24,000 nt of DNA from Candidatus Hodarchaeota archaeon (GTDB lineage: Archaea > Asgardarchaeota > Heimdallarchaeia > Hodarchaeales > Hodarchaeaceae), in assembly GCA_048887065.1 (NCBI GenBank), contig JBHLKC010000017.1, positions 1 to 24,000 of the forward strand. Reading direction: 5' to 3'. The notes below the pieces were generated by a model. It did not search any database. It was not told the DNA's origin and worked only from the letters and a program-made list of their open reading frames with translations. Of the stretch, positions 15,010 through 22,094 are shown piece by piece (the stretch's first letter is position 1; the number at the start of each line of letters is the position of its first letter). The position numbers and the translations under genes are program-made.

Positions 15010-16470
15010 TTGGATTGGTTATTCCTTCTCCTACTCACAATTAATATTATTTCTGGCCTTATCCTTATTCCTTACCCAATTAATCTGTTTCTTCTAGCAA
15101 TTTCTTCAAATAATTGGAAAGATCCTGTAATAAGCGAATATTATGAAAAATCAAAACTGCCTAATGTTACAATACAGCTCCCCGTTTTCAATGAGACAAA
15201 TGTTATCAGACGTACTCTCTCTGGTATTACAAAGCTCGTGTATCCTTCTGAAAAATTATTCATTCAAATTCTTGATGATTCTACCGATCAAACATCATTA
15301 ATCATTGATTCTATCATTGATTCCCTTGAGGAAAAAGGATTTAATGTTGAAATTATCCGCCGAAAGAACCGAAAAGGCTATAAAGCCGGAGCTCTAGAAA
15401 ATGGAATAGAAAGTGGAGTATCTGAATTTGTAGCTATTTTTGATGCTGATTTTCAAGTCAATCCACATTTTTTAGAGAAAACGATTCATTATTTTAAAAG
15501 CAACGAACATGTTGGAGCTGTTCAAACTCGATGGGAGCATAATAATCTTCGTTATTCGATCTTTACTCGCGCAATGTCAATTGGCCTTGATGGTCATTTT
15601 CTTGTTGAGAAAATGGGGAGGAAAAGGAGGAATGCAGCAATTAGTTTTAATGGTACTGGAGGTATCTGGCGATCTTCAGTAATCAAAGAAAGCAGCGGAT
15701 GGTCCTCAGAAACACTTGCTGAGGATCTAGATCTGGCTTATCGGTCTCAAATGAGAGGGTACGATATTTTATATTTGAAAGATATAACTAACTCTCAAGA
15801 AATTCCTCCAACTATTAGATGTTGGATCATCCAGCAAAGTAGATGGGCTAAGGGATTTTCACAGAATTTAAGAAAAAACTTTATTCAGTTTTGGATGGAT
15901 TCAAGAGGAAAATCACGTATCCAAGGCTCAATCCATCTCACGCAATACTTTGTGCCTCTAATGATTCTCTTAAACACTAGTTCTGGTTCTTTGCTTCTTT
16001 ATTTTTCTCAATTTAAAGGTGAATTTCTCTTTGTATTTGGCCTTTTATTCACTTTAGCTGCTTTTCTAGGCATCCTAGCTTATGTGATAGCTGTCGTGAG
16101 GGCAAAAAGACCTTTATGGCATATTCTTTTAATCCCACTTTTCTTATTCTGGGGTGCAGGGTTAATTGTGAGAATGGGTCTAGGTTCACTAAGTGGTTTA
16201 TTACATAAAGGAGGAGAGTTTGTAAGAACTCCTAAATTCAATCTAATCGACGATCAAAAAATCATTTCAGCAAGTATCCGTGAAAATATTCCTTTAGATA
16301 GAATAATCTTAGTTGAATTAGCCTATATAGTAATTATTTGCTTTGGTTTGCTTAAAAGTCTAGAATTAGGTGGTACTTATCTCTCTCAAGCACTGTATTA
16401 CATATTTCTACTTCTAAGTACACTGAATTTAGTATTTTCAGAGCTGTTACATGCTTATAGCTCTTATTGA
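15010..16470 (+). CDS. Membrane-integrated family-2 glycosyltransferase (CslA / cellulose-synthase-like / glucosyl-lipid-synthase-like, Glyco_trans_2_3)
   Basis: 486-aa ORF with a TTG start. One N-terminal TM is followed by a GT-A domain with VTIQLPVFNE, ILDDSTD, FDADF, TLAEDLDL and QQSRWAKG (QxxRW), then about 5 C-terminal TM helices. Confidence 0.85.
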   Translation: MDWLFLLLLTINIISGLILIPYPINLFLLAISSNNWKDPVISEYYEKSKLPNVTIQLPVFNETNVIRRTLSGITKLVYPSEKLFIQILDDSTDQTSLIIDSIIDSLEEKGFNVEIIRRKNRKGYKAGALENGIESGVSEFVAIFDADFQVNPHFLEKTIHYFKSNEHVGAVQTRWEHNNLRYSIFTRAMSIGLDGHFLVEKMGRKRRNAAISFNGTGGIWRSSVIKESSGWSSETLAEDLDLAYRSQMRGYDILYLKDITNSQEIPPTIRCWIIQQSRWAKGFSQNLRKNFIQFWMDSRGKSRIQGSIHLTQYFVPLMILLNTSSGSLLLYFSQFKGEFLFVFGLLFTLAAFLGILAYVIAVVRAKRPLWHILLIPLFLFWGAGLIVRMGLGSLSGLLHKGGEFVRTPKFNLIDDQKIISASIRENIPLDRIILVELAYIVIICFGLLKSLELGGTYLSQALYYIFLLLSTLNLVFSELLHAYSSY

Positions 16471-16476
16471 ATCTTA

Positions 16477-16896
16477 TTATTGATTTAAAATACCATGACA
16501 ATCATGTTTTTCTGGTAATCGGTGTTCTGGGCAGTAATACTCGTTACAATAACTACAAGTAAATCCCATCAAGGCTGATTCTCCACAAAAATGGCATGTT
16601 CCTCTCATTACAGTCTTTTTTACCTGTTTAGAAGGAGGAATGATAGTAGGACTAAATGATTGAGAAGAGGGAGTTGAATATCGGTTAAATAATGATGTTC
16701 CTCCATAACGGCCTTTCATTGGCTGCAATATGAAGATAAAAATGAATAATATAGAGATACAAATAGTACTTATCCCAAGAGATAGCAATCTTAGATTATT
16801 TTCAGGAGGAAGGGCTAATAGCTCTATTAATGTAATTATGAGTATCACTATCCCAAGGAAGGTTGCTAATTGTTCTTGTTGTGTAAGATTGTTCAT
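16477..16896 (-). CDS. Two-TM membrane protein with a C-terminal AN1-type zinc finger
   Basis: The ORF track extends to 16944, overlapping the upstream gene. ATG 16894-16896 (MNNLTQQEQ...) lies 4 nt after the upstream TAA stop and gives 139 aa. It has two hydrophobic helices and an S/P-rich linker. The C-terminus is C-HF-C-GESALMGFT-C-SY-C-NEYY-C-PE-H-RLPEK-H-D-C, an exact fit to the AN1 pattern C-x2-C-x9-12-C-x1-2-C-x4-C-x2-H-x5-H-x-C (nt 16498-16596). Confidence 0.75.
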   Translation of the reverse strand: MNNLTQQEQLATFLGIVILIITLIELLALPPENNLRLLSLGISTICISILFIFIFILQPMKGRYGGTSLFNRYSTPSSQSFSPTIIPPSKQVKKTVMRGTCHFCGESALMGFTCSYCNEYYCPEHRLPEKHDCHGILNQ

Positions 16897-16900
16897 TATA

Positions 16901-17527
16901 TTAATTCCCCATGATTCCAAGAGGGTGAAAGGCCCATAAAACAATAGTTAAACTAAATATCAATAGAAAAACCCTTTGATTCCATTCAAAAATCTTAGCT
17001 CCGTCTAAAACTGATATAGGTATCAAATTAAATAAAGCTAGATCAAATGAAAATTTACTAGCAAGCAAGAATAGTGAATACCAATAATTTGGCAAGATAC
17101 CTGCAAAAATCAAAAAAATCCCTCCTATTAAGATGTTTGTTAATGGTCCAGCCATTGAAATCCTAGCTGGCATATCAGGGACATGTCTTCCTGAAGATAA
17201 AACAACACCAGGAGCAATAATTTTAATTGGCATAAATATGGAAAATAATGAGATAATTGCCATATTAGGGAAAAATCTAAATTCAGAAACAAGACCACTA
17301 CCCTGAGCTACAAATTTATGAGCTAATTCGTGAAAAAGAAAAAGAGGGATGCTCAGGATGCCCAGAATAATAAGGGTCATATATGTAGAGATGTCAAATT
17401 GGAGGAAATCCAATAATAACAGACTGGTGGCTCCTAATGGTAATATTATAATGGAAAGTTCTACTAGTACAAAAATTAAAGTTGCAACAATCAATTCTTG
17501 CTTTTCATTTGTAGAGAACTTAAACAT
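16901..17527 (-). CDS. Site-2 protease family (peptidase M50) intramembrane zinc metalloprotease, minimal form
   Basis: 208-aa polytopic ORF with an ATG start. HELAH (aa 66-70, nt 17318-17332) sits in a hydrophobic segment, and NLIPISVLDGAKI (the NxxPxxxLDG motif of M50) sits in a later TM. It has no PDZ or CBS accessory domains. Confidence 0.8.
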   Translation of the reverse strand: MFKFSTNEKQELIVATLIFVLVELSIIILPLGATSLLLLDFLQFDISTYMTLIILGILSIPLFLFHELAHKFVAQGSGLVSEFRFFPNMAIISLFSIFMPIKIIAPGVVLSSGRHVPDMPARISMAGPLTNILIGGIFLIFAGILPNYWYSLFLLASKFSFDLALFNLIPISVLDGAKIFEWNQRVFLLIFSLTIVLWAFHPLGIMGN

Positions 17528-17545
17528 ACGAAACTATTCTCCATT

Positions 17546-17740
17546 TTATTTCTCTGAAATTTGATCTACAAGCTTTTCCCAAGTTCCTAGTTCCCTATTG
17601 AGTAAATCCTCTATGGCTGTTCTCAAAAAGTGAGAACGAGATTCGTAATGGCCAAGTCGTACAAAATTATCTATCAAAATCAATATTTGATCTGGAATTT
17701 TGATACTAATGGGTTTTTGCCTTGTCATTGATGTTTTCAC
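17546..17740 (-). CDS. Ribbon-helix-helix (CopG/NikR-N-like) DNA-binding protein
   Basis: 60-64 aa (GTG 17740 or ATG 17728). ISIKIPDQILILIDNFVRLGHYESRSHFLRTAIEDLL fits the beta-strand/helix/helix RHH pattern (sRSefiR.Ai). It lies 18 nt upstream of the S2P gene on the same strand. Confidence 0.7.
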   Translation of the reverse strand: MKTSMTRQKPISIKIPDQILILIDNFVRLGHYESRSHFLRTAIEDLLNRELGTWEKLVDQISEK

Positions 17741-17933
17741 GCGCTTCTGAGATTCATTATTGTTTGTTATTTCAAATCATTTGTATTCGTTTAAAATTTC
17801 TTCGACTAAATGTATTTTTAATTTCTTTTTTGTATTCTTTCGTGAAATAATATCCAAACTAAGGATTGTTGAAAAAAGAAACAGTTTTATGTTTTTTTAA
17901 ACAGGCGCAATTCGTAGCAGCGGGTGTTCTAAT

Positions 17934-19229
17934 TTGAAATGCATTCTAGTAACAGCCACAGGCCTTCTCATTGGAGAATCTGATGAATCAAGCATAATAG
18001 AAAAGTCAGCTAAGATAGTTGATTCAATTTGGTTTGATCAGAAAGATGTCTTAACAAGTGAGAGCCTAGCAGAGTTCATAAAAACCAACAGTTCACGGAT
18101 TTTAGGTTTTTTAGATCAGTTTGATGATGAAATTATTTCGGATAACTCACAAATAATTGAATATCTTCGACAAGAAGGATTCAATAATGCTAGATATGCT
18201 AATATGGGAGAATTAGCTCCTTTTCGAGCCCAGGTTTTTGAATACTTGAAAAATAACATCCAATTAGCTTCTTCTGATACAATTGCTAATTTCATTCGTG
18301 ATAGAGCAATGGCAAAAACTCGCTTACTTTTAAGAGAGGGCGTAGAAACTAGAGACGCTTACATTGCACAGACAATAAACAGTATAGATGATGTAAATGC
18401 TATTCTTAATTTAATTTATGCCAGATTATCAGAATGGTATGGAATCCACTTTCCTGAGCTTCAAGAATTGGTTCGTGATAATACTCAATACATTAAATTA
18501 ATTTCAAAAACTAAAGCTGCTATCAGAACCGATTTAAATGAGGAAGTCTTAAAACATTTGTCTGATAAAAGACGAGGAAATATTTTAGAAGCAGCAAAAT
18601 TATCTCTTGGTAGTTCTATTTCAAAATTTGATGCAAATCCAATATCACAACTCGCGAGTTTTGGAGTCGAAATTCTCAAAATAAAAGATGGTTTAGAAGC
18701 TTATATTGACGAAAGTATGAAAGAAGTTGCTCCTAATATCCAATGTTTAGTTGGAAGTCTATTGGGTGCACGTCTGATTTCACTAGCAGGGAGTCTTGAA
18801 AATTTAGCCAAGTCTTCTTCGGGTACAATACAAGTCCTCGGAGCAGAAAAAGCTCTTTTTAGACATCTTAGATCTGGAGAAAACCCTCCAAAACATGGTG
18901 TTATTTTCCAATCACCATACATTCATTCAGCTAAGAAACATCAACGAGGAAAAATTGCAAGAGCATTAGCTGGTAAACTAAGTATAGCTACTCGGGTTGA
19001 CTTCTTTAGTGGTGAGTTTATTGGCCCAACTCTTCTTCAAGATTTAGATAAAAAAGTAGAGGAAATTAAGTCATCTTTTCCTGAACCTTCTGAACGTCAA
19101 CTTGCAGAAAAACGTCGAAAAAAAAAGCCTAAACAAAAATTTCCTTTTAAAAAGGGAAAATTTGTGTCTAAAGGGAGAAAAAGAGGCATTTCTGAGAAAA
19201 AAACAAAAAAAAGAAGAAAGGAGACTTAA
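17934..19229 (+). CDS. nop5: Nop56/58 (archaeal Nop5) C/D box snoRNP core protein
   Basis: 431-aa ORF with a TTG start (MKCILVTATGLL...). The Nop domain has LSEWYGIHFPEL, APNIQCLVGSLLGARLISLAGSLENLAK, GTIQVLGAEKALFRHL and PKHGVIFQSPYI. The C-terminal tail is Lys/Arg-rich. It is followed directly by fibrillarin. Confidence 0.93.
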   Translation: MKCILVTATGLLIGESDESSIIEKSAKIVDSIWFDQKDVLTSESLAEFIKTNSSRILGFLDQFDDEIISDNSQIIEYLRQEGFNNARYANMGELAPFRAQVFEYLKNNIQLASSDTIANFIRDRAMAKTRLLLREGVETRDAYIAQTINSIDDVNAILNLIYARLSEWYGIHFPELQELVRDNTQYIKLISKTKAAIRTDLNEEVLKHLSDKRRGNILEAAKLSLGSSISKFDANPISQLASFGVEILKIKDGLEAYIDESMKEVAPNIQCLVGSLLGARLISLAGSLENLAKSSSGTIQVLGAEKALFRHLRSGENPPKHGVIFQSPYIHSAKKHQRGKIARALAGKLSIATRVDFFSGEFIGPTLLQDLDKKVEEIKSSFPEPSERQLAEKRRKKKPKQKFPFKKGKFVSKGRKRGISEKKTKKRRKET

Positions 19230-19254
19230 ATTTACTTTAGGAAAGAGGCTGTAC

Positions 19255-19938
19255 ATGATGAAGCTAATCAAAACCAGTGTAGAAGGGTTATTCCAAGCGA
19301 AAAATGAAAAAAAATCTCGTTTAATAACTCTCAATAAAGTTCCAGGAGTCTCTGTTTATGGAGAACAATTAATTGTTATAGATAACAAAGAATATCGAGT
19401 TTGGGATCCTTACAGATCGAAATTTGCCGCAGCTTATTTATCGGGGATGAAAAAACTCCCTCAGATTCGTGGAAAAAAGATTCTATACCTTGGAGTTTCT
19501 ACAGGGACAACATCATCTCATTTTTCTGATATTTTAGGAGAAGGTATCATCTATGGAATTGAATTTTCACCCAAAGTAATGAGAAAGTTCTTCCGTTTAG
19601 CTGAGCAAAGAAATAATTTAATCCCAATTCTAGCAGATGCTAGACGGCCAGAAGAATATTCCTCGTATGTTTTTGAGGTTGATTTAATCTATCAGGATAT
19701 TGCACAGCCAGATCAAGCTACAATATTCGGTCGAAATGCATTTGAATTTCTAAAATCAGGCGGAGAAGGAATATTGGCAATCAAATCACAAAGTATAGAT
19801 GTAGTCCAAGAACCTGATGAGATTTTTTCTAAACAAATGAATGAGTTAGAACAAAATTTTGGATTAGAAATCACTGAATATCGTTCTATTGACGCATTTG
19901 AGAAAAAACATGCCGTTATAACTGTACAAAAACCCTAG
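19255..19938 (+). CDS. flpA: Fibrillarin (rRNA/tRNA 2'-O-methyltransferase)
   Basis: The ORF track starts at 19102 inside the Nop5 tail. ATG 19255, preceded by the SD-like AAGAGG, gives 227 aa. It contains EYRVWDPYRSKFAAA, KILYLGVSTGTTSSHFSDI, IYGIEFSP, IPILADARRP and DLIYQDIAQPDQ, a canonical fibrillarin SAM-MTase. Confidence 0.93.
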   Translation: MMKLIKTSVEGLFQAKNEKKSRLITLNKVPGVSVYGEQLIVIDNKEYRVWDPYRSKFAAAYLSGMKKLPQIRGKKILYLGVSTGTTSSHFSDILGEGIIYGIEFSPKVMRKFFRLAEQRNNLIPILADARRPEEYSSYVFEVDLIYQDIAQPDQATIFGRNAFEFLKSGGEGILAIKSQSIDVVQEPDEIFSKQMNELEQNFGLEITEYRSIDAFEKKHAVITVQKP

Positions 19939-20031
19939 AATAAAAATTAATGATTATTTGTCAAGAAAAAGAAGAAGAGATAATGTTTAGAAGAGTGATA
20001 AACGCTTTAGAGATAAAAGCATTGATAATAT

Positions 20032-20370
20032 TCAGCCATAGTCTCTCCAAGTGAATCCACATTTTGTGCAACGATAAAACGTTGTGGATCCTTCGTCACC
20101 GCTCCTTGTTTGTACCTGCCAAAAGATAGCTTTATTATTCGAACATTTCTTACAGTTGGCATTTGTTGAAGGCATAGGTTCTACTTCATTTGGATCTTCG
20201 ATAACAACCATTTTTTCTAAATCTGAATGTCGGATTGTTTGTTTAATTTCAAAAGCCTTTGAATTCGTATCGGAGCTAATTATTTTGCCACAAGCAGGGC
20301 AACGCATTTGAATTTTTCCATCTGGTTGTTTATCAGGTACTAAAAGGGCACCACAATCACAGAATTGCAC
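20032..20370 (-). CDS. tfs: Transcription factor S (TFS; TFIIS/Rpb9-like cleavage factor)
   Basis: 112-aa ORF with a GTG start. It has an N-terminal Zn ribbon (CDC...CPAC) and a C-terminal TFIIS-type ribbon CKKC...FWQVQTRSGDEGSTTFYRCTKCGFTW that retains the acidic DE hairpin. Confidence 0.9.
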   Translation of the reverse strand: MQFCDCGALLVPDKQPDGKIQMRCPACGKIISSDTNSKAFEIKQTIRHSDLEKMVVIEDPNEVEPMPSTNANCKKCSNNKAIFWQVQTRSGDEGSTTFYRCTKCGFTWRDYG

Positions 20371-20517
20371 TTGTCATCATCATTTTTCAGTTTAGAGAAC
20401 ATATTAAGCGAAATAAACCCACTTTTTTAAATAACTAGGACAAAGCACAAAACTTTTCAAAATACATGTATTAAGTGTCTTTGCTTGAAAAGTGGCTTAA
20501 AAACAGAAGGAAATGGA

Positions 20518-20826
20518 ATGAGAAGAAAACTAACAATACCTTACAGTGAGACAACAATAATGGTTCTTGTAAATTTAACAAGCGATACAAAATTTCTGTT
20601 TATCGCAAAGGTTAAGGATATTAATGAATCTAAAATCACGGTCACTGACAATCTTGAAGAGTTAGAACTTAGTATAGAGGGCGAAATTCTGTCAAATTTG
20701 GATGTGGGAGAGACTATAATCGTTTTTGGGGAGAAAAAGGATTCTATAATTAGGAAAGAACATATTATGAAGTTGAACATTGATTGGAATCTATATTTTA
20801 AAACACAGGAAATTGAATCAAGGTAA
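20518..20826 (+). CDS. Hypothetical small protein, possible OB-fold (RPA14/Ten1-like pattern)
   Basis: ~102 aa from ATG 20518 (the ORF track starts at TTG 20485). An alternating beta-strand pattern FLFIAKVKDI..ITVTD....LSIEG...LDVGETIIVFGEK....I.....MKL is followed by IDWNLYFKTQEI, which resembles the FDLGLYNEA-type C-terminal helix of RPA14. This is weak evidence from pattern only. The antisense ORF 20541-20852 competes for the same DNA. Confidence 0.45.
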   Translation: MRRKLTIPYSETTIMVLVNLTSDTKFLFIAKVKDINESKITVTDNLEELELSIEGEILSNLDVGETIIVFGEKKDSIIRKEHIMKLNIDWNLYFKTQEIESR

Positions 20827-21218
20827 ATTCTAATCTTGGATTCATTTAACAACTTTATAGGCTATTAAACTTTCAATTTTAGTGTTATCGGAACATCAGA
20901 AACTCAAATCTGGTTTATTGTGACCATTTTTACTTAACATCGGAATTCATACTTTAAGACCTTTAGTTTTTTAGCAATTCTTAATACTTATATGAATACA
21001 TTTATCACAAAAAATAATTGTTGCAAATAAACGAATCATTACAGCATGGGTATAACTCATTGAGAACCTATCTGTTAATAATCATCACATTCACTATATA
21101 ATTCTTTCTAAAGACACATGGAAAGGATTAATATTCATTTAAAGGAATAGCTTTTCGATATCAGATGATAGAAAAATCTGGTAATTAGAACGGCTCAAAT
21201 CTCTTTGGAGGCATTTTT

Positions 21219-21662
21219 ATGAGTATGGTTGGAGCTGCCAAAAGAACTTACCAAAAGGAAATCATTGCATTCACAAATAAGCGTGTCGCTGTGATCCTCA
21301 AAGATGGGAAAAAATATATTGGCGAATTAAAGGGAGTAAACCCTGAAACTCTCACTTGCGTGTTGATCAAGGCAAAACGTGAGGGAGATTCAGCTGAACT
21401 TCATAGAATTTGTTTGAATGGCGATCAAGTGTCAGAAATATTCTTAGAAGAAGCACCCTTTGATCTTACGGGATTGAAAGAGGAATTAGAGCAAATCTTC
21501 CGTCGTCCTGGAGATGTGAAGGTGTACGATGAAGCTGGGTTAATAGTTGTACTAGAACGAGTTAGAGTCTCAGAAACTGGCGTGGAGGGTACAGGTCCTG
21601 TTGCTGATCGAGTTCGTGCAATATTTAATCGATATACAGATGCTAGAGAAACAGAAGAGTAA
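21219..21662 (+). CDS. Sm-like (LSm) fold protein with a ~70-aa C-terminal extension
   Basis: 147-aa ORF with SD-like GGAGG upstream. It has an Sm1-like RVAVILKDGKKYIGELKGVNPETLTCVLIKAK and an Sm2-like ICLNGDQVSEIFL. I do not recognise the C-terminal domain (PFDLTGLKEELEQIFRRPGDVKVYDEAGLIVVLERVRV...). Confidence 0.55.
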   Translation: MSMVGAAKRTYQKEIIAFTNKRVAVILKDGKKYIGELKGVNPETLTCVLIKAKREGDSAELHRICLNGDQVSEIFLEEAPFDLTGLKEELEQIFRRPGDVKVYDEAGLIVVLERVRVSETGVEGTGPVADRVRAIFNRYTDARETEE

Positions 21663-21679
21663 ATATTAAGGGGTCTTCT

Positions 21680-22042
21680 ATGAAAATAAACGCTGAGAGA
21701 ATGCGAATTGAAGAGGATACTGATAATGATCTTTGGTTAGTAGATTTTCGCGATGAAGAGAAGAGCTTAAGAGGAAGGCTAGAAATTCCCACAAAGATCA
21801 TCTCATTTGAGGAAGTAAAAAATTTTGAAATCGAAATACTTTCTCGTAAAAAAGCAAAGAAAGATGCAAACTACAACGATGCGCGACTTGTTTTAAATGC
21901 CACTAGCTTTCGTACAAAACCTTTGGGTGATGAAAAAACCTATTCTTTTTCCGCAGGTGGTTTAATGTTACGAGTTTTCAGCGGAAAGCCAATATCAGAG
22001 TTCAAAGCAGCTCTTAAAGAATATATATTGATAATCAGATAG
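21680..22042 (+). CDS. rpo8: Probable RNA polymerase subunit Rpo8 (RpoG / Rpb8 homologue)
   Basis: 120-aa ORF, 18 nt after the Sm-like gene, with SD-like AAGGGG. The C-terminus KTYSFSAGGLMLRVFSGKPISEFKAALKEYILIIR parallels the Rpb8 C-terminus (..YYSFGGLLMRLEGN...L.......AYLLIRR). Its size matches archaeal Rpo8. The call is by recalled motif, not by search. Confidence 0.6.
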   Translation: MKINAERMRIEEDTDNDLWLVDFRDEEKSLRGRLEIPTKIISFEEVKNFEIEILSRKKAKKDANYNDARLVLNATSFRTKPLGDEKTYSFSAGGLMLRVFSGKPISEFKAALKEYILIIR

Positions 22043-22054
22043 AAGTTCTAGATA

Positions 22055-22068
22055 AAAATTTATTTAAG
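22055..22068 (+). promoter_or_regulatory. Candidate TATA-like box for tRNA-Leu(GAG)
   Basis: AAAATTTATTTAAG lies 27-40 nt upstream of the mature tRNA 5' end (22095). The call rests on pattern only. Confidence 0.3.
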
Positions 22069-22094
22069 AAAAAAAACGATATGATAAAAAGCTC

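Noticed and set aside
19100-19229. Lys/Arg-rich C-terminal tail of Nop5 (KRRKKKPKQKFPFKKGKFVSKGRKRGISEKKTKKRRKET), considered as a eukaryote-like KKE/D feature.
   Set aside because: As far as I recall, charged C-terminal tails also occur in well-studied archaeal Nop5 proteins. This one lacks the acidic residues of true KKE/D repeats, so it is not clearly unusual.
19102-19254. 51-codon N-terminal extension of fibrillarin suggested by the ORF track, overlapping the Nop5 3' end.
   Set aside because: The extension is simply an alternative frame of the A-rich, Lys-encoding Nop5 tail. ATG 19255 has an SD-like AAGAGG and gives a canonical-length fibrillarin.
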